Source: Patescibacteria group bacterium
Lineage (GTDB): Bacteria; Bacteroidota; Ignavibacteria; Kapaibacteriales; Kapaibacteriaceae
Reading direction: 5' to 3'
NCBI GenBank assembly: GCA_044238605.1
Contig: JBIICY010000006.1
Location: 12,551 to 76,550, forward strand
DNA length: 64,000 bases
The translations under genes and the position numbers were made by a program. Each line of letters begins with the position of its first letter. The stretch's first letter is position 1. The notes under the pieces were generated by a model. That model saw only the letters and a list, made by a program, of their open reading frames with translations. It did not search any database and was not told the DNA's origin. This document shows positions 29,612 to 39,522 of this stretch, one piece after another.

Positions 29612-29715
29612 TGTTATGTGACCTTCCATCTTGTGGTGATGATGTGAGACACAAAACCTGTCCCCATCCGGAGATGAGGACAGGCCTGTTGTAATCAAAA
29701 CGTGCTTGAAGTCAA

Positions 29716-31833
29716 TTAGCGAACGATCGACAACGGCATAACCGCTGCGGCTGTTGCTGATTGAACGTGAACATAATATGCACCAGGAGCAACAACATTG
29801 CCGCTCATGTCCATACCATTCCACATGATCTCACCTGAAGCTGTTGTGCGGTAGAGCACTTCACCCAGTTGGTTTGCAATTGAAACGGTAACAGGTGCTG
29901 CTGTTGGAAGGGTAATGCGCGCCATACCAGGCGTTGGGTTTGGATAGACAGAGATTGCAGAAGCAAGCTTCTCATCTTCAACCGATGTTGGCTGATCGAT
30001 AGGAATCTTTACGTCTGAACCCTGGCGTGTACCTTCAGCATTGCGGAATACACAGAGGAGTTCCTTGAGCTTCTTGTCTGTTGGAACATTGTAGAGCGAA
30101 ACGAGATCAGCGATGTTCCATGTTGATGTTCCATCTGCATTGCTCGTAAGCTTGAGCGATTCGTTGGTTCCAACATTGCCCCAGCCAGCTACTTCGAGGT
30201 AGGTACCGTCTTCGCAGATACCACCTGTGTATACGTATACTGGCGTAACACCAACCATCTTGAAGGATCCGTCCTTCTTGTCGTTCCATGGGTAGTAGGT
30301 AACTGCCAGAGCCTTTGACGCAGAGGCATCCTTTGGATCTGTTGTAACAGTTGGACCCGAGCCATCGCCAAGAGGAAGAATGACATCGCCACCCTGCTTT
30401 GAACCGTCGGCATTGCGGAAGACCAGAAGCATTTCCTTAAGGATCTTTGCTTCTTCTACACCTGGATAGAACTGCCAGATAGGGCTTGGAACCGTCAGTG
30501 TTGAAGTACCGTCGGCATTCTTTGTGAGCTTGAGTGCTTCTGTTTGACCAACTGCACCCCAGTCTGCCTTCTGGAAGAAACCGCCTGCATAATCGCGAGC
30601 ACCTGAGTATACGTACGCATCTTCGCCAACCATCTTGAACTGACCGTCCTTAACGTCGTTCTCTGGGTTGTACTGAATTGTTACGCCTTCATTCTTGCTT
30701 GGAACTTCAGGATTTGCTTTGATGATCCAGCCTTCGCCAAGTGGAAGAAGATCTACAAAGTCACGACCGTTACCATTGTCGATGAATGCACGAACCTTCG
30801 TGAGCTTATCAGCATTGCCAAACGCAACTACGGTGAGGTTCGCAGCAGCAGGAAGATCGATCGGGTTGAATGTAACCAGAGCCGTTGTCTGGCCAGCAGG
30901 TGTAACTGCCAGCTTGTACGTACCTGCTGGTACTGTCAGATAACCGGCAACATCGCCAAACTTTGCATTTGGAACGATCGGATCTGAGAGTGCGCCTGTT
31001 GGGAGAACAGCACGAATATCAACTGCAGGTGTTGTAGGAGACCAGTGCACAAAGCGAAGCTTGGTCATTCCTGGCATTGTCTCCATATCATCTGTGAGGA
31101 CACGTGTAACGTACTCATCGCCTGTGGCATCAGCACCAACGATCATTGTATACTTGCCGTCCTTGGCAAGCTTCTCTGTCTTGTCTGCATAGATAGGTGC
31201 TGGTGCACCAGTAGCCTTAGCCTTGATCTGCACAGCATCTCCGCTTGGAACATCCTTGTATACTGATGCCAATTGGAATCCGATGTTTGCGATTTGAGCC
31301 TCATCTGCCTGAGCTGCAATCACGTCAACGCCTGTTGAGTTAAAGACACCGTTGATCAGACGAATACCCGCTGTTGCAGAGCCCCCTACTGGATCAACTG
31401 CCACAAGGCGGTCACTGCCCTGCACTGTGCCGTCAACGTTGCGGAAGACGAACAGAAGTTCGCGCACCGGCTTGTCATCTGGCACATTATAGAACGCCTT
31501 GATATTGTCGATCTTGAGCGTGAAGGTACCGTCGCCGTTGTTCTTCAGCATCATCTCAGGATAGTTCTTCAGATCGTTCCAGCCATACTTTTCATAGTAC
31601 GGGGCTGTAGGATCCTGTGCAATTGTTGCACCGCGTGCGCCTGTGTAGACCCACACTTCGGTAACATCCTTCATACCGAACTTGCCGTCTTTCTCGTCCA
31701 GTTCCGGACGATAGGTGATCGTGACAGCACCCGTCTCCACTGGGCGAAGCGGATCTGTCTCGACAACCTTTTGAGCGAATCCTGCAGTCGTCAGCAGCAA
31801 TGCTGAGACGCAGTAGAGAAACAACCGTTTCAT
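29716..31833 (-). CDS. SusE/SusF-like surface glycan-binding protein: three repeats of a roughly 100-aa module that is also found at the N-terminus of the amylase, plus a T9SS C-terminal domain
   Basis: The start is at the internal Met (MKRLFLYCVSALLL…). The module recurs three times (…LLFVFRNVDGTVQGSD / LLVFRNADGSKQGGD / LLCVFRNAEGTRQGSD). The C-terminus reads …GAYYVHVQSATAAAVMPLSIVR. Confidence 0.65.
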   Translation of the reverse strand: MKRLFLYCVSALLLTTAGFAQKVVETDPLRPVETGAVTITYRPELDEKDGKFGMKDVTEVWVYTGARGATIAQDPTAPYYEKYGWNDLKNYPEMMLKNNGDGTFTLKIDNIKAFYNVPDDKPVRELLFVFRNVDGTVQGSDRLVAVDPVGGSATAGIRLINGVFNSTGVDVIAAQADEAQIANIGFQLASVYKDVPSGDAVQIKAKATGAPAPIYADKTEKLAKDGKYTMIVGADATGDEYVTRVLTDDMETMPGMTKLRFVHWSPTTPAVDIRAVLPTGALSDPIVPNAKFGDVAGYLTVPAGTYKLAVTPAGQTTALVTFNPIDLPAAANLTVVAFGNADKLTKVRAFIDNGNGRDFVDLLPLGEGWIIKANPEVPSKNEGVTIQYNPENDVKDGQFKMVGEDAYVYSGARDYAGGFFQKADWGAVGQTEALKLTKNADGTSTLTVPSPIWQFYPGVEEAKILKEMLLVFRNADGSKQGGDVILPLGDGSGPTVTTDPKDASASKALAVTYYPWNDKKDGSFKMVGVTPVYVYTGGICEDGTYLEVAGWGNVGTNESLKLTSNADGTSTWNIADLVSLYNVPTDKKLKELLCVFRNAEGTRQGSDVKIPIDQPTSVEDEKLASAISVYPNPTPGMARITLPTAAPVTVSIANQLGEVLYRTTASGEIMWNGMDMSGNVVAPGAYYVHVQSATAAAVMPLSIVR

Positions 31834-31865
31834 GGCTACTCCTTGGTTATACATACGTGATGGAA

Positions 31866-33221
31866 TTATGGGTTTTGTGTGCATAGTGTATTTGCATTGA
31901 CTTCGATGTCTGGGATCTTGAAGATTAGCGCTGCATCGTTCCACGGACGCAGTTTTAGGTTTCTACGCTGGCGTTTACGCTCGAGGAAAATATCTCCCTC
32001 AAATGCCAGTTCAATGTTGCGCTCCTTACGAATGGCATTTAACAACGAATTGCCCGTTAAGGTTACCGCCAAGGGCTTCAAGCCGGCGCGCTCCCGTGTC
32101 TTGTTGGCATCCTCGATGGCACCAGCGGTGTTGCCCTGCTGTGCCCTACACTCTGCGCGTGTAAGGTACACTTCTGCCAACCTAATCACCGGGATGTTCA
32201 TGGCGATACGATCCCACTTGGCTACATAGAGCTTGTTGTTGCGATACGCATAGAGCTTGAGACGCTTGTCCGTGGTGTCAGCATAGATCTGATTTACAAA
32301 GTCGGTACCAGCCCAATATCGCGGGAGTGAATTGTCGGCCTGACGAAAATCCCACACGATAGACGCAGGATTATCTACAGCACTGTTCACGATCTCAAAC
32401 ACAACTTCCGGCGTGCTGTTTTTGTTGGCCACATCTGCGACATCTGCATTGAGCGAGAACAGTCCGCTATTGATGATCTCAGTGCAGAGCGCCTCAGCTT
32501 TTGCAAACTCTCCCATATGGAAGTACACTCGAGCAAGCATCCCCTTTGCGCCCATACCGCCCATATATGCCCCATCCTTCGCTGGCAGCAGCGAGGCTGC
32601 GTCTGTAAGGTCTGTGATGATCTGCTCGAATGACTCTTTCACCGAACTGCGGGATTTCTTTGTTCCTTCATCACCCAACGTAGGCAACGTGCGGATCACA
32701 ACACCCGGGTGTGAGTTGTCGGCTGTAAAGCCCCACGGCTGAGCGAAGTACGTGCATAGTGCCCACAGCGAGGCACCTCGCAGTGCTAGTGCACGCCCCT
32801 TGAACAACTGCTTCTGAGCAGCATTTTCAAATGGTACAGTTTCCAGAGCCGCTAGCACATTATTGGCACGATTGATCACACCGTAGGCGTCTCCCCACAG
32901 TGAACGGCCTTCTGGATTAAAGACGTTTAGATTGTACGACAGGATCTGCAACCTGCCGAAGTCTGCGCCAACATTTGACTCGACGTTGTTCGACCACAGC
33001 TCTCCGATGGACATCGTATTGCCACCGTAGAGTGCACCGGAGGAAAACTGATCTGCTGCACCCGTAAGTGCTGCAGAGATTCCACTTGGTGTAGAGAGCG
33101 CAACGCTGTTAGAAATGTCGAGAGGGGGCGTCTTGTCCAGGAAGGAATCACAACCACTGAGCGTGATGGTAGCAAGGGCAAGCGCAGAAGTAAGGATGCG
33201 AGTTGTCGTTGTTGTCTTCAT
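31866..33221 (-). CDS. susD: SusD/RagB-family nutrient-binding outer-membrane lipoprotein
   Basis: The start is at the internal Met (MKTTTTTRILTSALALATITLSGC, a lipobox). It lies immediately downstream of the SusC homolog. Confidence 0.85.
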   Translation of the reverse strand: MKTTTTTRILTSALALATITLSGCDSFLDKTPPLDISNSVALSTPSGISAALTGAADQFSSGALYGGNTMSIGELWSNNVESNVGADFGRLQILSYNLNVFNPEGRSLWGDAYGVINRANNVLAALETVPFENAAQKQLFKGRALALRGASLWALCTYFAQPWGFTADNSHPGVVIRTLPTLGDEGTKKSRSSVKESFEQIITDLTDAASLLPAKDGAYMGGMGAKGMLARVYFHMGEFAKAEALCTEIINSGLFSLNADVADVANKNSTPEVVFEIVNSAVDNPASIVWDFRQADNSLPRYWAGTDFVNQIYADTTDKRLKLYAYRNNKLYVAKWDRIAMNIPVIRLAEVYLTRAECRAQQGNTAGAIEDANKTRERAGLKPLAVTLTGNSLLNAIRKERNIELAFEGDIFLERKRQRRNLKLRPWNDAALIFKIPDIEVNANTLCTQNP

Positions 33222-33222
33222 G

Positions 33223-36200
33223 TTAGAACCCCGCCGTAATGCCGATGACAAGTTGACGTGCCTGAGGAGGTGTGAGGTATGAAACACCTGCACCAAGATT
33301 GCGGCCCTGTGCTCCATCCTGGTCGCGCATGATCTCCGGATCCCATCCTGGATAGTTCGTCCACGTCCATAGATTCTGTCCAGTAGCATACACTCTCAGA
33401 CTTGCAAAGCCCGATCCGTCCATGATGTCAGAAGGCAGCGTATAGCCAACCGTTAGCTGACGCAAACGAATGAACGAGCCGTCGTACAGGAATCTGTCTG
33501 TGTTGATATCGTAGTTCTCTGTAAGCGACAACCGAGGCACGTTCGTTACATCGCCCTCGTTCTGCCAACGAGGCTCTGTGAGGTCTTTGTTCTGATTGAA
33601 ATTCGATGCAAGATTTCCTACCTGACGTTTCGCAGCGTCATCGTAAATCTGGTTACCAAACTGATAATACACCATCGCTGTAACATCAAAGCCTGCATAG
33701 TTGAAGGTATTCGTCAATGAACCAAACCAGGTTGGATATGGATTGCCGAGCGCCACACGATCGTTGAGATCATAGACGTCTGTTACCTTGCCGTTGAGAT
33801 TATAGAAGAGCTGAGAGCCCCCTGTAACAGCAATCGTTGTATCATAAAACTGTTGCCAACGTGGATCGTTTGCGTCGGCTCCGAATGCTACATTGTTTCC
33901 GGAACGTCTGCGCTGAACAATTACCGAATCTGTACGCGACTGAACACCCGCAGAACGGTTAACAAAGAACGTGCCGACAGGATAGCCAACTAGGATGCGT
34001 GTTTCACCTGGGCCACCGATAGCATCGGGCGGAAGTTGGGCGTTATCCAGCACCTTGTTGGTGTTATGGGCAACAGATAAATCCGTGCGCCATGTAAAAT
34101 CACCGGCACTGATTGGATAACCGCTTAGCACGATTTCGACACCTGTGTTCTCGAAAGAACCAACGTTCTTGAGAATTGATGAAAATCCCGTTGAAGCAGG
34201 TACAGCAACATTGAGCAGAACATTCGATGTAAGCTTATGGTACCATGAAACTGTTGCCTGTAGACGTCCATTCCAAAAACCGGCTTCTGTCGTGATGTCG
34301 ATCTGACGAGTAGACTCCCAGCCAAGATTAGGATTGGCAAGACGATCCGGACGAATTCCGGGCACTCCGGCATAGTCTGCACCAGCCCTGTACGTCCCCT
34401 GCCACTGATAGTCATCGATGCCGTCTGCATTGCCCGTTAGACCGATGCTTGCACGCAGCTTGAGTAGAGTGAGGTCTTCGACGTCTTTAAGGAAGTCTTC
34501 TTTCGATAGGATCCAGCCTGCACCAAGCGACGGGAAGAATCCGTAACGGTTCGCGCTTCCGAATCGGGATGAACCATCCATACGGCCAGTAAGGCTGAGA
34601 TAGTACTTGTCATCGTAATTCGCATTCCATCGCGTGATGTACGATAAGAACGTATATGCTGTCTCGAAGGAATATGCCTCGCGCACACTTGCTGATGTTG
34701 GATTCTTGAACGCAGGATTCGGAAAGTTGCGTCCTTTGAGTCCTGTTACTAGCTGCTCCGACGACTGACCTTCCATGGAGACAAAGCCGTTAAGCTTGAT
34801 GTTCTCGGTGATCTTGTTGTCATACGTCAGCGATGCATTCAGCACCAGGTTGCTCACGCCTACCTTGCGCGCTTCAGCCTCGGCCTCGGACTGAACGATC
34901 AGCGATGTGTAGCGTCTGTCGGTAAAGTTCATCAGGTCAAAGCCGGCCTGCACGCGAAACGACAAGTGCATAGGCAGTGCGATCTGTGTGTAGAGGTTCG
35001 ATATCAGTCGTGTTTCGGCATTCTCGAACTGATTCTCGTTCAGCTGGGCAACAGGGTTGTACATAGCATACCACGGACGCTGCGGCTCAAAGTATGTTCC
35101 ATCGGCGTTGTATACTGGGAAGAATGGCAGCGCCGAACTTTGGGCGGCTCCCATGCCCCCTGCCCATGCCACAGGCACGCGAGTGTTGAGCGCATAGTTT
35201 AAGTTCGTAGCAAGGCCGATCGAGACGTTGTCAGTTGCCTTAAAATCAACATTTGTGCGTCCGTTGATTCGCTCAAAGGTATTACCGATAGCATAGGATG
35301 ATTCTTTGCGGTATCCCAAACTGGAGAAGAACGTCACTACACTTGAGCCTCCAGAAGCAGTAAGAGAAGCGTCTGTGATCTCACCCTTCTGCATTGTTAG
35401 GCCAAGCCAGTCTGTGTTCGTATAGGCAGATGTCGGAAGCCCTCCTGGAAGGGGCTTTGCAGTAAACCGTGCAGTTGGACGCACGATCGACAATGCTATC
35501 GAGTCTTGTCTGTTGGCTTCTGACCACATCGAGCGGTACTCATCACCATTGAGCAGGTTAACGCGGTTGGTTGCCTCGCTCTGTCCTCTAAACAAGCTTA
35601 CATTAAATCTGGTTGCACCTGCCGCACCACGCTTGGTGGTGATCAGAACAACACCGTTCGATCCGCGGGACCCGTAGATGGCTGCCGCATCTGCGTCTTT
35701 GAGGATGTCGATCGATTCGATGTCGTTTGGATTGATCGATGCCAGGGCGTTTGTCTGCGTTGCAAGCCTATCCTTGCCGCCGAAGTCACCCTGCGTTACT
35801 GGCACACCGTCGATCACATAAAGTGGCTCACCGGAAGCCGTAAGCGAGCCAACACCACGAACACGGATAGTCATTGAACTACCAGCCATTCCATTGGAGT
35901 TGATGACCTGCACACCTGGGGCTCGGCCTACAATGGCGTTCTCAAAGTTGCCGTAGGTGTTCTGTGCGATTTCGCGAGATGATACTTGCGCTACAGATCC
36001 TGTTAGTTCCTGACGCTGCTTGGTTCCGTATCCGATCACCACAGCTTCATTCAGCTTAAGTCGATCCTCAACAAGTTTAAGAGTTAGTGGCTTCGACACA
36101 TCAGCTGCGGCTACGTCAACCTCGAGCGTACGGTACCCGAACATCTGTACCACGATCTTCAGATCAGTTGCTGCCGGGATTTTGATGGTAAACGCGCCTT

Positions 36201-36360
36201 TGCTCTTCGAGTAAGCACCAAAGCGGGTGTTAGCAACCTTGAGCGCAGCCCCGACAATTGGGTCTCCGGACGCTGTTGTAACCGTACCGCGAAGTTCCAC
36301 ATCGGCAAATGCAGCGGTAAACGAAAGAAGGAATGTCAGTGTACAGAGTAGGTGTCGCAT
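33223..36360 (-). CDS. susC: SusC/RagA-family TonB-dependent outer-membrane transporter
   Basis: The start is at the internal Met (MRHLLCTLTFLL…). It has an N-terminal carboxypeptidase-regulatory-like domain (VELRGTVTTASGDPIVGAALKV) followed by plug and barrel, and the C-terminal residue is F. Its start overlaps the MFS stop (ATGA). Confidence 0.9.
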   Translation of the reverse strand: MRHLLCTLTFLLSFTAAFADVELRGTVTTASGDPIVGAALKVANTRFGAYSKSKGAFTIKIPAATDLKIVVQMFGYRTLEVDVAAADVSKPLTLKLVEDRLKLNEAVVIGYGTKQRQELTGSVAQVSSREIAQNTYGNFENAIVGRAPGVQVINSNGMAGSSMTIRVRGVGSLTASGEPLYVIDGVPVTQGDFGGKDRLATQTNALASINPNDIESIDILKDADAAAIYGSRGSNGVVLITTKRGAAGATRFNVSLFRGQSEATNRVNLLNGDEYRSMWSEANRQDSIALSIVRPTARFTAKPLPGGLPTSAYTNTDWLGLTMQKGEITDASLTASGGSSVVTFFSSLGYRKESSYAIGNTFERINGRTNVDFKATDNVSIGLATNLNYALNTRVPVAWAGGMGAAQSSALPFFPVYNADGTYFEPQRPWYAMYNPVAQLNENQFENAETRLISNLYTQIALPMHLSFRVQAGFDLMNFTDRRYTSLIVQSEAEAEARKVGVSNLVLNASLTYDNKITENIKLNGFVSMEGQSSEQLVTGLKGRNFPNPAFKNPTSASVREAYSFETAYTFLSYITRWNANYDDKYYLSLTGRMDGSSRFGSANRYGFFPSLGAGWILSKEDFLKDVEDLTLLKLRASIGLTGNADGIDDYQWQGTYRAGADYAGVPGIRPDRLANPNLGWESTRQIDITTEAGFWNGRLQATVSWYHKLTSNVLLNVAVPASTGFSSILKNVGSFENTGVEIVLSGYPISAGDFTWRTDLSVAHNTNKVLDNAQLPPDAIGGPGETRILVGYPVGTFFVNRSAGVQSRTDSVIVQRRRSGNNVAFGADANDPRWQQFYDTTIAVTGGSQLFYNLNGKVTDVYDLNDRVALGNPYPTWFGSLTNTFNYAGFDVTAMVYYQFGNQIYDDAAKRQVGNLASNFNQNKDLTEPRWQNEGDVTNVPRLSLTENYDINTDRFLYDGSFIRLRQLTVGYTLPSDIMDGSGFASLRVYATGQNLWTWTNYPGWDPEIMRDQDGAQGRNLGAGVSYLTPPQARQLVIGITAGF

Positions 36361-37652
36361 CAAACCGAACCTCTCCCTTGCTGTTGAACATGTGAACCAG
36401 AAAAACCGTAATAGGCGATGTAGATGTAGCATGCAGTAGCGAGCAGATACGACCACTGCAGCGAACCCAGAGAGTCGGCCATAGCCCCCTGCACTTGAGG
36501 AATGATTGCTCCGCCAAGAATGGCGGCGATCAACCAGCTCGACCCCTTGTTGGTCATCACACCGATGTCTTTGATGGCGAGTGTGAAGATCGTAGAAAAC
36601 ATAATGCTGTTGAAGAATCCACATGCAACAAGCATCAGAGCGGCCGTCATGCCCTCTGTTACCGTCGATCCAGCTGTCAACAGAACATTCGCGCTAGCTA
36701 CCAAGCCAAGCAGGTATCCAGGCTTTACTCTTGTAAGCACAACAGAGCCGATGAAGCGTCCAACCATGGCACCGCCCCAGTAATAGGCCACATAGGTAGT
36801 GGCCTGCATCTCTGCCATTCCAAGACGCTCGCCCAGGTAATTCACAAGGAACGATCCAATAGCTACCTCGGCACCGACATAGCAGAAGATGCCGAAGACT
36901 CCTTTGAAAAGATGCGGTACCTTGAGTGGATCGAACAGCTTAACGTTCTTCTCGTGATCGCCCTCGACTGATTCAATGCGTGGCAACTTGAAAAACGCAA
37001 CAACGATAGCGAGCACCAGAAGCATTGCGGTAAGCACGATGTAGGGCATCTGCACCGACGTAGCCTGACTTGACTTGTACGCTGCAACCGCGTCAGCGGG
37101 CATCGAGGCAAGATCTGTAGACGACAGCACCTGAGATGCAAGAATCAACGAGGCCCCCAATACCGGTGCAATCGTTGTACCAACGGAGTTGAACGCTTGA
37201 GAAAGAACAAGCCGTGAGGAACTACCCTCGGGAGGACCAAGCACTGCAACGTAGGGGTTCATAGCAGTCTGCAGCAATGCAAAGCCCGATGCAAGCGTGA
37301 AAAGTCCGATCAAAAACAGCTCGTATGAAGCAATGATCGATGCAGGATAGAACAGGGATGTACCAAGTGCCGCAATGACAAGTCCCACGACGATCGATCG
37401 TTGATAACCGAGTTTTGAAATCAACGAGGAAGAAGGAAACGCGATGATGAAGTATGCAGTAAAAAAGCAAAACTGAATCAGCGCTGCCTGCGTGTAATTG
37501 AGATCGAACAAGCTCTTCATGTGCGGTACGAGAATGTCGTTCAAGCACGTGATGAATCCGATCATAAAAAACAGCATGCCCATCGCGGCAAACGGACCTC
37601 GGTATGATCCGCCGTTAGTTGATGCCGATGCCTTGGAATCCGCTGCTATCAT
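36360..37652 (-). CDS. MFS sugar transporter, glucose/galactose (GluP/FucP) family
   Basis: The start is at the internal Met (MIAADSK…). The sequence …FFMIGFITCLNDILVPHMKSLF… fits the FucP/GluP family. It is the first gene of the Sus-like operon. Confidence 0.85.
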   Translation of the reverse strand: MIAADSKASASTNGGSYRGPFAAMGMLFFMIGFITCLNDILVPHMKSLFDLNYTQAALIQFCFFTAYFIIAFPSSSLISKLGYQRSIVVGLVIAALGTSLFYPASIIASYELFLIGLFTLASGFALLQTAMNPYVAVLGPPEGSSSRLVLSQAFNSVGTTIAPVLGASLILASQVLSSTDLASMPADAVAAYKSSQATSVQMPYIVLTAMLLVLAIVVAFFKLPRIESVEGDHEKNVKLFDPLKVPHLFKGVFGIFCYVGAEVAIGSFLVNYLGERLGMAEMQATTYVAYYWGGAMVGRFIGSVVLTRVKPGYLLGLVASANVLLTAGSTVTEGMTAALMLVACGFFNSIMFSTIFTLAIKDIGVMTNKGSSWLIAAILGGAIIPQVQGAMADSLGSLQWSYLLATACYIYIAYYGFSGSHVQQQGRGSV

Positions 37653-37665
37653 TGGGTTTACCTCA

Positions 37666-37696
37666 GTGTTACGAGTGCAGCAAATGTAGGTAACAC
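37666..37696. promoter_or_regulatory. Inverted repeat GTGTTAC-N17-GTAACAC in the divergent promoter region between the Sus-like operon and the sulfur-oxidation operon
   Basis: Read directly from the sequence. Calling it a candidate regulator-binding site is inference. Confidence 0.25.
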
Positions 37697-37810
37697 GGGT
37701 GTTATCACACGGCAAAACTTCCCCACAAGCCGGCTGTACCCGAGACTGCTTCTCAGTTATCCGACGAGCCGTATTTTCGGATCCAGGCCAATTAAACAAG
37801 GGACGCACGA

Positions 37811-39223
37811 ATGTTTTTCAAGCAGATTTACGAGCCGGGTCTTGCCCATGCCTCCTACATGGTGGGTTGCCAGAAAACGGGCGAATGCCTAGTTATCGAT
37901 GCCAAGCGCGACGTGGACACATACCTCGAGATAGCCAAACAAGAGCGGCTCAAGATCACACATCTGACCGAGACCCATATTCATGCAGACTTTCTGGCTG
38001 GTACTCGCGAGCTCGCTTCGGTTACGGGCGCCCCGATGTTTTTGAGCGACGAAGGGGGCTCCGAGTGGCTGTATGACTTTGCACATCAAGGACTTAGAGA
38101 CGGAGACGTCTTTATGGTGGGCAACATCAAGGTCCAGGTACTGCACACCCCTGGCCACACACCCGAGCACATTTCGTTTCTGGTTACAGACACACCAGCG
38201 ATTTCTGATCAGCCAATCATGATCTTTACAGGAGACTTTGTCTTCGTGGGCGATGTGGGCCGTCCAGACCTTCTCGAGAAGGCCGCTGGCTTCCGAGGCA
38301 CCATGGAAGTGGGAGCGCGCCAGATGTGGCAGTCGTTAAAGAAGTTTAAAGCTCTTCCCGATCATATTCAGGTTCACCCTGCCCACGGGGCTGGCTCGGC
38401 CTGTGGAAAAGCTCTTGGCGCTATCCCCTCCTCAACAGTTGGGTATGAGAAACTTGTGAACTGGGCACTGCGGCATACCGACGAGGACGCATTTGTAGCA
38501 GAGCTTCTGTCTGGGCAGCCCGAGCCCCCTACCTACTTCGCAATGATGAAGAAGCTGAACAAGATCGAACGTGCGCTTCTTCCAGAGGTGCCCAAACAGC
38601 AGCAGCTCACACTCAGCGAGTTTGACGCATTCCAAGCTGGCGGCGGCCTTGTAATCGATGCACGGTCGAAGGTTTCGTTTGCGGGCGGTCACATTCCGGG
38701 CTCAATCAACATCCAGAACAACAAGGCTTTCTCCACGTGGGCTGGCTGGATGATTTCGTACGACAAGCCTTTTGTGCTGATAGCACCGGACGACCAAGTA
38801 GATGACATCACGCGCAAGCTAATGCGCATCGGACTTGATAGCGTTGCTGGCTATGTAACGAATGTTACAGATTGGCAGTCAGCTGGCCACGAGTTACAGG
38901 AAGTTCACCAGATCCACCTTGATGAGCTACAAAAGTCGTACAACAGCCCCGATATCATTGTCATAGATGTTCGCGCATACAGTGAGCATGAGAGCGGACA
39001 CATCCCCGGTGCGAAGCACATCCATGCTGGCTATCTACGTGAACACATTGCGGAGTTACCTCACGACAAGAACATCGTGATTGCATGCCAAGGCGGTGAT
39101 AGGTCAAGTATCGCCACTAGTTTGTTACAACGCGAGGGCTTTACGAACGTTCGCAACTTCCCCCCAGGATTCGCCGGCTGGCAGGCTTCTGGCGCGCCTG
39201 TAGAAACGGGAGTACAGGCATGA
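37811..39223 (+). CDS. Persulfide dioxygenase-like metallo-beta-lactamase domain fused to two rhodanese domains
   Basis: 470 aa. The MBL metal motif is THIHADF and the sequence is ETHE1-like (HTPGHTPEHISF). The second rhodanese domain carries a catalytic Cys (ACQGGDRS). Confidence 0.8.
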   Translation: MFFKQIYEPGLAHASYMVGCQKTGECLVIDAKRDVDTYLEIAKQERLKITHLTETHIHADFLAGTRELASVTGAPMFLSDEGGSEWLYDFAHQGLRDGDVFMVGNIKVQVLHTPGHTPEHISFLVTDTPAISDQPIMIFTGDFVFVGDVGRPDLLEKAAGFRGTMEVGARQMWQSLKKFKALPDHIQVHPAHGAGSACGKALGAIPSSTVGYEKLVNWALRHTDEDAFVAELLSGQPEPPTYFAMMKKLNKIERALLPEVPKQQQLTLSEFDAFQAGGGLVIDARSKVSFAGGHIPGSINIQNNKAFSTWAGWMISYDKPFVLIAPDDQVDDITRKLMRIGLDSVAGYVTNVTDWQSAGHELQEVHQIHLDELQKSYNSPDIIVIDVRAYSEHESGHIPGAKHIHAGYLREHIAELPHDKNIVIACQGGDRSSIATSLLQREGFTNVRNFPPGFAGWQASGAPVETGVQA

Positions 39224-39522
39224 CGAAGCAGATTTCGGTTACTGAGCTTAAATCGCGACTCGCTGCAGGAGAGCATCCCACAATTCTTGATGTCCGCCAG
39301 CCCGAGGAGCGCGAAGAGTTCGCTCTCGACAACACCATGTTCATTCCGCTTGGAGATCTTCCCGAGCGGGTATGTGAACTTGAGCAGTTTCGCAACTCCG
39401 AACTGATTATTTACTGCCGATCAGGCAATAGGAGTGGACAGGCCTGCATGTTCCTTGAGCTAAGCGGGTTTGCGCATGTGGTAAACCTTACCGGTGGCTT
39501 GCTAGCTTGGGTCAAGCGATGA
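39220..39522 (+). CDS. Single-domain rhodanese (sulfurtransferase)
   Basis: 100 aa. The active-site loop reads YCRSGNRS. Its start overlaps the preceding stop. Confidence 0.8.
   Translation: MTKQISVTELKSRLAAGEHPTILDVRQPEEREEFALDNTMFIPLGDLPERVCELEQFRNSELIIYCRSGNRSGQACMFLELSGFAHVVNLTGGLLAWVKR

Noticed and set aside
29612-29824. Long N-terminal extension of the amylase ORF (MEWYGHERQCCCSWC…)
   Set aside because: An internal Met is followed directly by a canonical signal peptide. For the three downstream genes (SusE/F-like 31834-31944, SusD 33222-33389, SusC 36361-36624) the extension would also overlap the upstream gene, so it is an ORF-finder artifact there. For the amylase gene itself the extension (29612-29824) ends before the upstream stop at 29716 and was rejected on the signal-peptide argument alone.
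36495-36971. 158-aa plus-strand ORF antisense to the MFS transporter gene, plus many similar antisense ORFs inside SusC, the giant paralogs and the glycoside hydrolases (for example 13940-14512, 18103-18651, 900-1487, 34125-34430)
   Set aside because: They lie entirely antisense within strongly supported genes, have biased Arg/Cys-rich composition, and show no recognisable domains. They are spurious.
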